From Felis catus (Eukaryota), in NCBI RefSeq assembly GCF_018350175.1, contig NC_058368.1, positions 62,870,001-62,934,000 on the forward strand: a stretch of DNA of 64,000 nucleotides, in the 5' to 3' direction. The notes beneath the pieces were generated by a model that was not told the DNA's origin, ran no database searches, and saw only the letters and a list, made by a program, of their open reading frames with translations. This document shows positions 11,651 to 27,012 of this stretch, in pieces; the stretch's first letter is position 1, and each line of letters opens with the position of its first letter. The translations under genes and the position numbers were made by a program.

Positions 11651-13964
11651 CATTTTACGGTGTGAGGCTCTAGGCTGGTGCTTGTCCTTCTGGTTTATTG
11701 CTTCTGTGCAGAGGATTTTAATGTGTGATCAACTTAGAGGTCTCTGATCAACTTTTAAGGATTTCCTGTTGCAATAAATGACTATAGTGTAGGCTGCACA
11801 ATAGCAAATGTAGTTATCCACAACTAGCTCTCCCCTGCCAAGTGTTTAGCACTCTGTAGCAAAAATGCTGAATACTTTTGAATGGAAATGTAAGGGAGCT
11901 CTGTGAAAATACACCTATCAAAATTGCTTCCACTGCTCCTGTTGCTACCACCTATATCTATACATCTGATCAGAAAAAGTAGGTAAAATATCCCCAAGTA
12001 CTATCACTGATTATTTTTTAGTGTTCTACGTTATATGGCTCTTTTCATACAGTGGGTTTGAACTCTGGGCAAATATGGAAAAGATGTTTCTAAATCCTCT
12101 GATCTTAGATTTCTATACTGGCTATATAAACACAACTGGTATTCTGAACTTTGTATATGCGTGAGCTGGTTTGGCCTTTGAAAAAATACTTTGTATATTT
12201 AAGAAGGATGGTGATCTGTGGTTCTCAACATTCACAGTAGGTATGTAATTTGCTAGGTTGACATCTTATCCCTATTGTCACTGTATAACATCTAATCACT
12301 AATAAGATACTGAGCTAGCTGATTAAAATCCAAGAATAAATCTGGATTGACAAGGTATCCAGAAAAGAAAGTAGAAATTCAACCCTCTCCAAATGGACCT
12401 TAATTTATTGTTGGCATGGGTACTAAATAGAGGAAACTGGGTTCTTCCTATCTTCTTGGTAGCCTTTTAGAGATCTTTCAATATCTGAGCTTTCCTGGAG
12501 AAATATTTTTATGCTGGGAAAACCTATTCTTCCTGCCATTATCTCCCATATGAAAGTCAAGAACTATTATTTTTCTTTACTTTTCTGCATTAAAAGGTGG
12601 AACTCCTCTTGATAAGCAGTAACCAACCCACTAAGGTGGTTAGAGATCATCTCTAATGAGACTAGGGTCAGAGTAAAGCAGCATACATGCCAATTAGCTT
12701 GATGCACAGAAATACATCATCCCATGACTGCCCACTGGGTTTCTACCTAGGCCAAAACTTATAAGGTGGAGTTAATTAGGATGTGATAAGTCAGCCGAAA
12801 CCTTCCACCATTAGATGAAGCGGTGGGGTGAGGGGCGATTTCAAGTTCATGTTGTCTTGTATGTTGGCCAGTTTTCTTAAGTAAAAGGAACCTTGAGGTC
12901 AGGCATTTGCTTTTGTGCTGGATAGGTGTAAATTGGAAAACGTAAGAGCTAAAACACTTTGGGAAAACAATTGCACTGTATTTTTTCAATCAGCCTCTGC
13001 ACTGCTTCAATAAATGTGTACTTATGTTATGGAACAAAACTCCAGTTTCCAAAGAGCATACGTGAAAATTATTTCACCCTTTCTTTCCTATTGCCCGCAC
13101 AGTTCCCTCTGTGTGTAAATTTAACAACTCTACCAGCTTCTTGTTCATTCTTCTAGAAAAACTGAGTATAAAAATGTAGGTTATCTCATAACCAATTCAT
13201 CCTTTGAAATATTCATATGATGGTGTCGGGGAAACTACCTTCCCCACATCATTGTCAAATAATCTTTATAAAGGTTATTCCATGTAAAAAGTGCTGAATC
13301 AAAATCTGTGTTGCTGAGGAATCCATCACCAGTTCAGTCCTCCAGCACTAACTTAACACTTATACATCAAATACTTGACTATATATTTACTTTGCATTTC
13401 CTAGTAATCTATGTGCTACACAGATTGGTGTAAGGACTTCCTAAAATCTCACGTCAGTGAAGTCCTACGTTACATTGCCACTTGAATGTTTTATAAAATC
13501 TAACACTTTCAATTATTGCAGTTCACATTGGAATACCTTCCAGTGATGTACTTCAAACATGTAAAGAAAACTTGACACCTATGCGTATAGATACTATTAC
13601 TCCAAATACTTGACGAGCGCAAAATCTAGTTTATCATCAGCTTCTTTGTACCCAGATGCTTTTATGGTAGTCATCTTGTTCTCTAGTTATCCTCGTGAAA
13701 ATATCTGAACACTATCCATGAAGACTTTAGGAATTAAGACTTTTAGTAACATGCCAGTCCATCAAATACAGTTGTGCAGGTTGTACGTTGAATGAATCTG
13801 TCCAGCCAAGAAGACATCCAGAACTGCAGCTTTCTCCCCTCTACTTTTCATTCTTCTACCTTGCTGTACAGCTGGGTACACTTGGAGGAAGGCGCATCAT
13901 TTTCTGAAGTGAACAATAGTTCCCAATGCTGTGTCAGCCTCGAGGAGTTTGGTTACAAATCTAA

Positions 13965-14415
13965 AAGTGGGGCAGCATAATTTTGCTGTTCTTTCAAAAG
14001 GTAGTTTGTTTCCCTAACCTTGAATCTTGGCTTTCCTTGTGTATTGACTTGACCAATCTAGAATGTGGCGGAAGGGACATTTTGTGAATTATAAAATCAG
14101 GCTTTAAGAGGCTTTGTAGCTTTTCCCCTTGGCCTCTTGAATCATTACCTTAAGATCCCCATGTAAAGAAAATAGTCTAGGCTCTGAGAGATGAGAGACT
14201 CACATGAAGATGTGAAGGTGCCCTCAGCAACATCCAGCACTTAGTAGTAGACAGGTGCGAGAGACTAGCTGATCTGCCAGTTAGATGCAGTCTCGAGGGA
14301 AGGCAAAGTAAACCACATAAGGAACTGCCCAGCCAACCCACAGAATCGGGGTAGGGTGGGTTGGTGATTGCTGTAAGCCATAGCTTTTGGGTGGTTTAAA
14401 AGTAATAACAGATAT
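13965..14415 (+). mobile_element. MaLR LTR (MLT1 family)
   Basis: ccttgaatcttggc...gaccaat..gaatgtggcggaag...ttaagagg; ccagccaacccacagaatc...taagcca. Confidence 0.75.
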
Positions 14416-14748
14416 GTGTCTTAATCCTTTCAAGCCCAATATCCAAAGACCCAAGCATGGGGCTTTTCTCCATTCTCAGAAAGCCTCCATGTGTGCTAGC
14501 ACTGATACTATAATGAAAACCATACGCAAAGTGTTAAAACATATTCAGATAGTGTGAAGCCCAGCTAAGAGCATCAGAGGGAATTGTTCATGGGTGACTG
14601 CATTCCTTCTGATATCTCGTAGAGGGATAGTGGCCTTCTCTCCTAATTAAGTCGTAATCATTCACTTGCCAAATAAAAGTTGTAAGTTTAGTCATTATAA
14701 GGAATAAGTTGGAATACACACTAATGGAATTGAGTAACAAATACTGCT

Positions 14749-14960
14749 GGGGTGCCTACGTGGCTCAGTTGGTGAGGTGTCCAACTTTGGCTCAGGTCAT
14801 GATCTCGTGGTTCATGAGTTTGAGCCCTGTGTCAGGCTCTGTGCTGACAGCTCAGACCCTGCAATCTGCTTTGGATTCTGTGTGTGTGTCTCTCTGTGCC
14901 CTTCCCCTGCTCATGGTCTGTCTCTCGAAAAACAAAAATCAAAAACATTAATTTAAAAAA
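14749..14960 (+). mobile_element. CanSINE
   Basis: ggggtgcctacgtggctcagttggt...ctcaggtcatgatctcgtggttcatgag. Confidence 0.93.
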
Positions 14961-15439
14961 TGATGCCAAAATTTATATCCAACATCTACCCTTGGACTCA
15001 GACAAAATACTTTTTTAGGTCTTGGTAATTGGGCTTCTGTCCAAAGTTGTTTTAATTTGGGAAAGAGAATATTCTGTTTCTGTAATGGAATAGACCATCC
15101 AATGAATGAGCTGATTTTCATTATAGGCTAAGAAAATGCTACGGTGTTTTTGAATGTAAGTAGAATGAACATGTTCAATGAGTAATTCACATAAACTTAA
15201 GATGATAGAGTAGTAACCTTACTGTATTAAACTTACAGCATGTGTGTGAAAACACCTTATTTTTCATATTCTAAAACCTCTATTTTACTTCTATCTGCCT
15301 ATAAAACTAAATGAACAAGTTAAAACAGCTTACATATTATGTGCTTGTGATAGTTATGTGATTTGATATTTTGATATTCATATAGAAATGTCTATAACTG
15401 GGCAGTGTTGCTTTTAAACCTACCTTAAATACTTGCCTT

Positions 15440-15834
15440 GAATATTTTCACTGCGGTTGACCTATGATATGTCAACGTGATTCAACAACTCTATACATTG
15501 CTCAATGCCCACCACGGTAAGAGCAGTCCCCATCTGTCAGTCACCATAGGTTATGTCACAATGTTACAATACTGACCATACTTCCTATGCTGTACACCTT
15601 TGTCTCTCGTAACTGAAAGTTTGGACTTTTTAATCTACTTCATCTGTTTTGTCCATTACCCCATCCCCCCTCTGTCAACCACCAGTTCTCTTTAGTTGTA
15701 CTTTACATTTTATACCTAAGTAAAATCCTAACGTATTTATCTTTGACTTCTTTCACTTATCCTAATACCCTCTATGTTCCATCCATCTTATCACAAATGG
15801 CAAGACCTCGTTCTCTTTCATGGCTAATCTACCA

Positions 15835-15882
<48 letters not shown>

Positions 15883-16770
15883 CTTTATTCATTTATGGGT
15901 GGATACTTGGGTTGCTTCCGTAATTTGGCTGTTGTAAGTAATGCTGCCCTAAACACACGGGTACGTGTATCTTTTTCAAATTAGTGTTTTTGTTTTCTTT
16001 GGGTAAATACACAGTAGTGTAGTTATTGGATAATACTGTATTTCTATGAAACCTTGAAGAAATTCCATATTTTCTTGTGGTTGCACCAATTTACATTCCC
16101 ACCAGCAGTCCATGAGGGTTCCTCTTTTTCTCCACATCCTCAACAACACTTGTTCTTGTCTTTTTGATACCTCATACCTCTTGATTCCATTCTGACTGAG
16201 GGGTGATCCCTCATTATGGTTTTGATTTGCATTGTGAAGCATTAGTGATGTGCCACACCTTTTCATATGCCTTTTGGTAATCTGTATGTCTTTAGAAAAA
16301 TGTCTATTCAGGTCCTCTGCCTGTGTTTTAATCAGACTTTTATTGGCATTGAGTCTTACAGATTCTTGACGTATTAGATATCAACCCCCTATTGGATAGA
16401 TCATGCACAAATCCCTTCTCTCAGAAAGTTGCTTTTTCATTTTGTTGGTTTCCTTTCATGGCAAAGTTTTCATTTTTGTGTAGTCATAATGTATCTTTGC
16501 TCTTGTTTCCCTTGCCTGAGGAGACTTACCTAGAAAAACATGTTGCTTAGGCTTTAGAGATTGCTGCCTGTTTCCCCCCCTGCCACCCGAGTTTTATGGT
16601 GTCAGGTCTCCTATTTAGGTCACTAATACATTTTGAGTTTATTTTTGTGTGTGGTGTAAGAAAGCAGTCATTCCATCCTTTTTCAGGTAGTTGTCCGGTT
16701 TTCTCAACATTTGAGATGTTTTTCCTCATTGTAGTCTTGCCTCCTTTGCTGTAGATTAATTGACCATTAA
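15440..16770 (-). mobile_element. L1 3' portion (ORF2 end and 3'UTR) with (TG)n at ~15837-15877
   Basis: Minus ORF 15976-16266 has L1 ORF2 C-terminal remnants (CWWECKLVQP, IYPK). Confidence 0.92.
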
Positions 16771-17408
16771 TCTACTTTTGGAGTAAGGATGCTAAAGAAA
16801 GTATGGATAAAACTTGGAATAAATGCAATCTTTAAAAGCAGAAAATATATAATCTTTTGTAAACTTGAATAACAAATTTAGAAAACCTATTTTATTCAAA
16901 GTATGTTTATAGAATCTTTAAAATTTTCACACCAAAACTAATTAGGAATGCTGAACTACTGATTCTGCTTAACAGCACATACATATGAAATGAAAGGCTC
17001 TTGATACATTTAGTTTCCTTGCTCAAAATAAAAATAAGCCTATCACATAAGATTAAAGACCTGTAAGAAAGTTTCCTGGAAGCCCAACATAATGATAGCA
17101 TTATCCACATAGAAACATCTAGTCTGATTTTTAGGGAAAAAAGAATATATGGTTATTAGTAATAATGAATTGCCAAAATCAAGGGTCCTTACCTAGTTTG
17201 GACTTAAAACCATGCTGGCTTAAAATGCTCAGAATTGCAAATTAAAAACATTAAAAAAAAATAAAATAAAAATACCTAAAGCCATTTCAATAAGTACATA
17301 ACTGGTTCATGCTCACAAAGAGGGTTTCTGTGCTAGGTTTTGAATTAGTTGTGTACTTTTTGGTATACTCCGGAAGTACAGGTCACAATATAACTATAGA
17401 CTCTACTG

Positions 17409-18776
<1,368 letters not shown>

Positions 18777-21336
18777 GCTACCTGATCCTTTGGATACAAT
18801 CAATATGCCACTACCTAAACAAAGCTATGTGGTTTGTTTTTGTCGTCTTGGTTGTGACATGTTTTAGCACACAGGAAGGCACTGTGATTTTTTTTTCTAT
18901 TAAAATGAGCTATAATGGAGAGATAACATTGCATTAGTTTCAGGTGTACAACATAATGACTTGATATTTGTAAATACTGCTAAAAGATCCCCACAAAGTC
19001 TACTTAACCTCTATCCCTGCTTGTTGTTTATTTTCTTGGGATCAGAATTTTCACCTCTACCTTTAGTAACTTTTGATTATACAATACAGTACTAACTATA
19101 GTCACTATGTTCTTTATTACATCCCTTGGACTAGTTTTATAACAAAGATTGTACTTTATTTTTCTACCTTCACCCCAACCTCCAGCAACCACTAAAGTGT
19201 TCTATGTTTATGAGCTCTTTTTTATTCTGCATGTGAGATCCTACAGTAATTCTTTCTCTGACTTCTTTCACTTAGTGTAATTTCCTCAGGGTCTACCCAT
19301 ATTAGAAATGGCAGGATTTCCTTTTATGGCTTAATATTCTGTATGGATCACATTTTCTTTATCCATTAGTGGGCACTTAGATTGCTTCCATCTCCTGGTT
19401 GTTATAAACAAGGACATACAGGTCTATTTTCCATTTAGTGTTCATTTCCTTCAGAAAAATAACCAGAAGTAGATTACTGGATCCTATAATAGTACTAATT
19501 TTTAAGGAACTTTGATAAAGTTTCCGATAGTGGCTGTGCCCACTTATGTTCCCATCAGCATTGTAGAAGTGTTTCCATTCTTCCACATCCTCACCAACAC
19601 TTGTTTTCTGATAATAGCCGTTCTAACAGGTGTAGAGTGATCTCATTGCAGTTATGATTTGCATTTCCCTGGTTAGTGATGTTGAGCCTCATTTCACATA
19701 CCTGTTTGCCATCTGTATGTCTTTGGAAAAACGTCTATTCAGATTTTCTCAATTTTTAACTGTATTTTTGAGTTGGAGTTCTTTATATATTTGGGGTATT
19801 AGATACAAGATTTGCAGACACTTTCTCCCATTTGGGGGTTGCCTTTTAATTTTCTTGGCTTTCATTGTGTGAAACTTTAGTTTGGGGTCCTACTTTTAGT
19901 TTCATTTGCTGGTAGCATAAATCCAAAAACTTTAATCTTTAGTTTTATACCATTGTGCTTAGTAAAAGATGCCTGATGTATTTCAACCTTAAACTTCTTA
20001 AGGCTTGTTTTATGGCCTAACATTTCTGTCCTGGAGAATGGCCAATGTGCACTTAAGAAGAATGTGTTTTTGGCTGGAATATTCTGTGTATGTCTGTTAA
20101 GGTTATGTGCTACAATGTGTCAGTTAAGGCCAATATTTCCTAATTCTTAAATTTTTCTGTCTGGATGCTATATCCATTGACTTGAGGTACTTAAGTTTTC
20201 TATTCTCTATTTCTCCTGTTGGTGCATTAATATTTGCTGTATAGATCTAAGGGCTCTTGTTGGGTACTTCAACACAAATGTTACCCTCTGGATTGACTCC
20301 TTCATTATAGAATGACCTTGCTGCCTCTTACAGTCTTTGTTTCAAAGTCTGTTTTTTTCTGGTATAAGTATAGCTACCCACTGTCCTTTTTGTTTCTCTT
20401 TGCATGGGATAATTTTCCATCCATTGATTTTTTTTTTTTCTCAGTCTATTTCTCACCTGAAGCGAGTCTTTTGCAGACCACACATCGAGAGGATAATACA
20501 TTCAGCCACTATCTTTGATTGAAGAACTTAATCCATTTACATTTAAAGCAGTAAGCACATAATTATTGCTCTTACACTCTGGCTATTTGTAATTTCTTTA
20601 TTCCTTTCATGTTCTCTTACTCTGCCTTTAGAGTGATTTTTCTGTAGCAGTCTGCTTAAATTTATCATTCATGTATCCACTATAGGGTTTGCTTTGTGGT
20701 TACCATGAGGCTTCTGAAAAACAACTTCTATGTAACAGTGTATTACAGTTGATTACAGTATTAAGTTGATTACAACTTAAGTTTGAGTGCATTATAAAGA
20801 TCTGTATATTTATTGACTTCTCCCACCACGTTTATTTTTGTCACAATTTACATCTTTTTATCTTGTGTAACCACTAACCAGTTATTACAGCTATAGTTAT
20901 TTTTGCTAAAATCTTCAAATGTCATGCTAGCTTTATAAGTAATTAACCCATTGAATTGACAACATTCTAAATTTAACTATATCTGTACCACTAAGGATTA
21001 CAATTTTTGTTCTAATTAGTACTCTTTTCAGTGAAACAAAGTCCCTCCACCATTTCTCACGAGACTGGTCTAGTGGTGAACTTATTTAACTTGTCTGGAA
21101 AACTATCTCAATTCTGAAGGGCAAGTTTGTTGGGAAGTTTTGTTTGGCAGGTTTTTGTTTTTTTTTTGTTCCCCAGCATTTTGAATACTTGTGCCACTCT
21201 CTTCTGGGCCTGCACTATTTCCCTGAAAAATCTAATAGACTTATGGGGGTCCTCTTGTATGTAACAAGTTTTTCTTGTGCTGCTTTTGATTCCTTGTCTC
21301 TTAAACTTACAAGGGGGGGGGGGGTAACGGGGAAGA

Positions 21337-21520
21337 GGGGCACCTGGGTGGCTCAGTCAGTTAAGCTTCTGACTTCAGGTTATGATCTCATGGATTTGTG
21401 AGTTTGAGCCTCATGTTGGGGTCTGTGCTAACAGCTCAGAGCCTGGAGCCTGCTTCAGATTCTTTGTCTCCCTCTTCCTCTCTCTCTCTGCCCCTTCCCC
21501 CCCGCCCCAACCTAAAAAAA
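21337..21520 (+). mobile_element. CanSINE nested in L1
   Basis: ggggcacctgggtggctcagtcagttaag; ttccttgtct repeated on the flanks. Confidence 0.92.
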
Positions 21521-21747
21521 TAATTCCTTGTCTTTACCTTTTGGCACTTTAATGATGTGTCTCTGTGAGGGTCTCTTTGGGTTCACCTTATTGGGAGCTT
21601 TCTGGCCTTCTTGGATCTGGATGTCTTTCTCCAGATAAGGGAAGATTTCAGAAATTATTTCTTCACATTTTCTGCCCTGTCTTCTCTCTCTGGGATCTTG
21701 ATAATATGAATGTTAATCTGCTTGATGTTTTCCTGTAAATCCCTATT

Positions 21748-22033
21748 TTTTTATTATCTTTATTTTTTATTATATTTTATTTCAAATTTATTCTCCAATC
21801 CCTGACCCTGACACCCCACCAAAATGTCTCTTCCTCTTCTCCCTTATCCTTTTTCTCTATTTTTTAGCTGTTATGTTATTTGTTCATTAGTTATAATCTA
21901 TATTAATCTTCCATAAAATGTTTTATTTATTTTAGGTTGTGCAATTCCTGAGCACTGGGTACACTCACAACGCTGTGAACCTTGCCACAGAATTTTGCTG
22001 CAGAATATCTCGATCCCCAAGGGTCACTGTGTA
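21748..22033 (-). other. Unidentified retroposed sequence with A-rich tail and 13-bp TSD
   Basis: gtaaatccctatt at 21735-21747 and 22034-22046; TT/AATA endonuclease-like site on minus; decayed poly(A). Confidence 0.85.
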
Positions 22034-23756
22034 GTAAATCCCTATTAAGCTACCTTCTCTTTACTCTGATTGGGCAAGTTCCATTGCCCTGTGTTGGAGT
22101 TCAATGATGTTTTTTCCCCCTTGCTGCATCTACTGTTTTTTTAATCTATTGAATGTATTTAATTCAGTGAATTTATTCAGTTTGGGACTTCTATTTGATA
22201 TTTCTATATTCTGGTTAATTCTTCTCTACCTGAGCTTAGGGAGCACCTGAGTGCTATTTTTAACTCCAGTAAATTCCTTATCTCTCTTTCATTAAAGTCT
22301 TTTTCTTAGGTTTTATCTTGTTCTTAAAGTTGGAACCTATTCCTCTTCATTTTGCTTGATGGTGTTGGTTTCTATGCATCAGGTAAAACAACCAAATCTC
22401 CTGGTCTTGAAGGAGTGGCCATGTGTAGGAGATGGACTTTACTGGTCAACTCTGCCTTAGCTCTTGACTCTCAAACATTTTTTCATTGCCTAAGAAGTCT
22501 ACCTGATTCTTAGTGTCTCCTAGTAGTTGAGGATGAGCCAATACCTGTCAGTGTCCCAAAGGGGAGGACCTCTGAGTTCTAGACACTCAGGCAGTAGCTC
22601 TTAAAGTATGCTAATCTACATCTTTCAGAGGAAGACCGGTTGATGGTGTGTGTTTGCTGCCTCTGCTTGAAGTTTTGGAGTAGTACCCAGTTAACTGTTT
22701 GCCACTGTCCCATTGAACCTGTGAATACAAGCCCTGTGCCTCCATAGACACCAGAGCCAGACTATTAGGGGATGTGTCCTTTGGGCAGTAGCCACAAAAG
22801 CCAGGGCGCCTGATGTGTATGCATGCTCCTTTCTCAAACACCCTGCCACCTGCGGTAAGGCAGAGGGAGACTGCCAGGGTGGTACCTATTCATGTCTCTG
22901 ATCCCTGAAGAGTTGAGTCACTTTTGAGATGTACTTAATAAGCCTGATACTCCAGAGGACAGCTATGAAAGTAAGCTGATCAACCTTTTTAATAGCATGC
23001 CTGGGGGCACATTTCAATCTGCTGTGACTGTGCTGGGCCCTGAGGGTGGGCTTCCTCCGTTTGATGCAGTGCTGTAGGGTCCACAGATGTAAGCCCTACT
23101 TGGCCATCAGAGCTAGGTGATCAAGTTGTGACCATGTGGCAAAAAGTGGAGTATCACATGTCTACTAGGTCATCTTCAGAAGATAATGGTGACCTGGAGC
23201 AAGACAGAGGAAGACTAATCACAGTGCCTGCCCTCTGAGGTCTCTGGGGGAGGATGAGTCCCCTGTGTTAAATTAGATGCCTGCCCCTGAGGCCAAGCCT
23301 TGAAGATGGGCAATTAAGTGTCACAAAAAGGGTAGGCACTTTCAGTGGTTGCCTCTACGCTGGGCCCTTGGGTGGGTGAGTTCACATGAGCCTTGTTACA
23401 ACATTTTTTCCGTTTGTTTTAACCTTGTGGGTCTCATGGGTGCAAGCCTTGTTTGCTTTCAAAACTAGCTGTTTAGGGGTCTCATTTCCCCAGTTCAAGT
23501 CTTAGAAGTTAGAGTGACAGATGTGAGGTTCAAATTTTATCTTCCCAGGGAGAAGCCTGAAGTTAAGTCCCCTACCAATTGTGGCCTGCCGTGTAGGGGG
23601 CTCAGGGGGCGAGGTTGATCCCGAGATTGTGTCTTAGCCTCTCCTACCCACTTGGATGTGTTTCCCTCATTTGCCTAGTAGAAGAGTGGCTCAGCTAGTT
23701 ACTGGATTTCTTTCAGAAGAAATTTGTTTCCTATATTGTTGTACATTTGGTCTACC

Positions 23757-24182
23757 TGATACAGGAAACAAAGGCAGAAGGAAATGGCAGATAAAATTAA
23801 GTTTCCTTATAACTGGCAGTCCATTGACAAACATGAGGCTGGCAGAGTAAAAACGTTTCTCCAGGAACTCTGTCTTAATGCTAATGCTTTGCTAGAGGAA
23901 AAACCACCTTAGCTTGACAATAGCTAGGCCTCCAGTATCCTGTGAGTCTTCTTTAGCATACGAAAATCTCTTTGGAAACTTCCCTTGGATTTTCCCTCCC
24001 TCAAGTCCCAACTATATAGGCAGTCTCTCCACAGGGTCCTGCAGAGAATTCTTTCTGCCCCCCCTTCTTGTCCCCATACTTTAATAAAATCACTTTTTCC
24101 ACCGAAGACCTCTTCAAGGATTCTTTGATGGCCAATCAGCTCCAGACACCATGAACCCCAATATCACCCCGAAGCTGCCTCA
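23757..24182 (+). mobile_element. Carnivore ERV1-type solo LTR nested in the L1 5'UTR
   Basis: TG...CA termini, TATA (ctatatagg ~24012), AATAAA ~24083; L1 sequence resumes after it. Confidence 0.85.
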
Positions 24183-26174
24183 TGTCCATGAGAGCAAGTG
24201 ATTTCAGGATTCTCTCCTGTCACCACTTTGAACCAGAAGCACTAGTAAAAGTCTGAATTATTATGATGGCACTATAGTCATCACTGCCCATCTAACACCA
24301 ACAAAGACATCCCAATTTCTACTACATCAGTGAGCCACCTAGTGGCATTACCCTATGCTAAAGTCACATAGTGGGGGGGAAAAAAGAATACCGTGCCTGG
24401 ATTTCCCAGAAACCATAAGCCTGAGGAAAAGTTTTCTGTGCTTTTGTGAATTGCAGAAAGCAAGCACATGAGAGTGAGCCAGATATGAAGAGGAACAGAT
24501 TTAATAGCTTGTTACTTAACCGGGCACACTACTATCAAGACTGACTGTATGCTCTTGCCAGACTGTCTTTTGAAAGACAACAGCTTTCCAGGATAGCTTA
24601 TCTGGTCAAGGAAGGAGGAAAAATTAGAATTCCCTTGCACTTTCCAGTTGTATATGTAAGCAAGTGTTGCTTCCTACCCCAGTTATTAAAGTTTTAATAT
24701 GCAAGTCTGCATGGTTGGTCTGTGAGGCAAAGCATTGTTAGGTCTACTTGCAGATAACTGGCTGGTATCCCTGCAGGGTTCAGTGATTGCAGAAGCTACT
24801 GGAATTCAATACTGTGTCCTCTATCCTGCAGCCTCCCATCCCATTTCTAATGCACTCTTGTGTGTATTTTTCTAGTTTGTTCCATTAATCCTTAAACTTG
24901 ATCAGAAAAGACTGATCCCAGAACAATATATCCTCCTAAAACACTTAGCTCCATATATCCCCATCATATTTATAACCCTACCTTTGATATCCATATCCCC
25001 TGTTGGCTCCTGCCCTGAGAGCTTACTGTCCCTGTCTACCTTGTTTATTACTCTTCATGCTAGCACAGTACTGAGTACAGAAAAGTCTGACACACATGCA
25101 AATCTACAAACCTGCACAGGAAACTACATGCACAAACACACAGGATTGCTTACACAATCCAGTAAACGTATATGGTTCTTCCAGAGTGTGGTTTGACAGA
25201 TGAAATAGTCCACTGGGAGACAAATGAGGATAAACCTTAATTGGGTATCAGTTAATGAGATGTTTTATTAAACTAACATAAAATCAGCTTTGTAGAGTGT
25301 CTTGTCATAATTCTTAAATATCTTATTGTCTGAAAGTTGTTTCTGTATATTCAGGATCCTTCTAGTTGCAAGTATAGCACTGAGTTCTCTCAGCCACCTG
25401 TGAATCCCCCTATGTTGATACGTATTAAAGTAGATCTGTTTTAATAAACTTCTGACCTACTTTAAATCTAAAACATCTTAAATGAGCAACACTTAATTTT
25501 CTACATTAACTAAAACTTCTGTTGGCATCCAAGATCCAACTTTTTCATTTGGCACTGAAAAGTATGATTTTCTTAGCATCTGAAAGGAACTCTTTATTGC
25601 ATGCTAAAGAAAGTATAAAAAATGTATGAAAGTGTAGTTTTCACATATTAAAATGAGAATACTTTGAAGTAAACACAATTATCTCAATATTGTTGCTAAA
25701 TATTTTAATGGTATTCCATTGGTATGAATTCCAAGTATTGTAATCAGAAGATTAATTACGTAAAGAATCTGGATTTAACATTACACTTTAAAAAATGAGT
25801 GTAGGTAATTCCAAGAAAACAACTTCCCCCTCAGTCTACATATAATGATAAAAGAACAAATCCATTGCACAAAACTTTAATTTGGCCTTATTCTCTGTTC
25901 ATTCAATATACCATGCTGTGATTTCTTGGGAAAAATACATCTTAAAATAGTGACTTCTGAATTTTGAATACATAATGTGTGTCTTAGATAAGTGATTTTT
26001 TTTTTAGGAATTGTAATTTTAAGTGCTCCCTGAAAAAGTATTTAAATATGAAATTTTTAACTCCATCTTTGTGATAACACCAATTGCTTTTAAATACAAC
26101 TATTAAACATTCTATAAAATTGCCCTTTTCCATCCCATCTCTATGTCCAGATATTTGACTACATTGACTATTTG

Positions 26175-26360
26175 CTTTTTTCTTTTATTTTTAAGTTTTT
26201 AAATGTTCATTTTTTGAGAGAGCATGAATGGTGAGGGGCGGGGGGGGGGGGGTAGGGAGGAGGCGGCGGAGAGAGAATCTGAAGCATGCTCCAGACTCTG
26301 AGCTGTCAGCACAGAGACCAATGCAGGGCTTGAACTCATGGGCCATGAGTCATGGACCAC
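26175..26360 (-). mobile_element. 5'-truncated CanSINE
   Basis: T tail, gagagagaatctgaagca...ctgagctgtcagcacagag; head missing. Confidence 0.88.
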
Positions 26361-27012
26361 CACCCCCACCCCCCAACCATCAATTCTGTATAGTTGAGTG
26401 TTTCTTGTCCTCCCACCCCTGCCATTGCTCCTTTTGTTTCTTAAATTCCACATAGGAGTGAAATCCTATGGTATTTGTCTTTGACTGACTTTGCTTAGCA
26501 TTATAAGCTCCAGCTTCACGTTGTTGAAAGTGGCAAGATTTCATTATTTTTCATCACTAAATACGTGTGTGTACATACACACTGCATCTTTATCAATTAT
26601 TCAAGGACACTTGGGCTGCTTCCATACCTTGAGCATTGTAAATCAAGTGGCTTTAAGCATAGGGGTGCATGTATCCATTTGAATTAGTGTTTTTGTATTC
26701 TGGGAGTAAATACCCAGTAGTGTGATTGCCAGATCATAGGGTAGTTCTATTTAAAATTTTTGAGGAACTTCCATACTGTTTTCCACAGTGGCTGCACCAG
26801 TTTGCCTTCCCATTGTCAGTGAACTAGGATTCCTTTTTCTCCACATCCTTGCCACCTCCTGGTTCTTGTTAATTTTAGCCATTCTAACAGGTGTGAGATT
26901 GGGGTTTTCATTTGCATTTCCCTGATAAGTGAGGAGCGTCTTTTCACATCTGTTTGTCATCTCTAGGTCCTCTTTGGAGAAATTTTCTGTTCATGCCTTC
27001 TGCCCATTTTTA
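26361..27012 (-). mobile_element. L1 3' fragment
   Basis: Minus ORF 26751-26960 LTPVRMAKINK..ARMWRKRNP..TGAATVENSMEVPQK. Confidence 0.92.

Larger units (their letters stand above)
18889..24239 (-). mobile_element. Old L1 retaining both ends, with a large internal ORF2 deletion near 19930 and nested insertions
   Basis: T tail at 18889; 3'UTR and ORF2 end to ~19930; then EN-region, ORF1 and 5'UTR-like sequence; minus start cttctggttcaaagtggtg resembles the L1 5' terminus. Confidence 0.8.

Noticed and set aside
12750..13100. Possible conserved enhancer
   Set aside because: Only slight CpG and TAAT-motif enrichment; not supportable without alignments
24420..24800. Possible old LTR on minus
   Set aside because: LTR-like composition only; termini and family could not be defined
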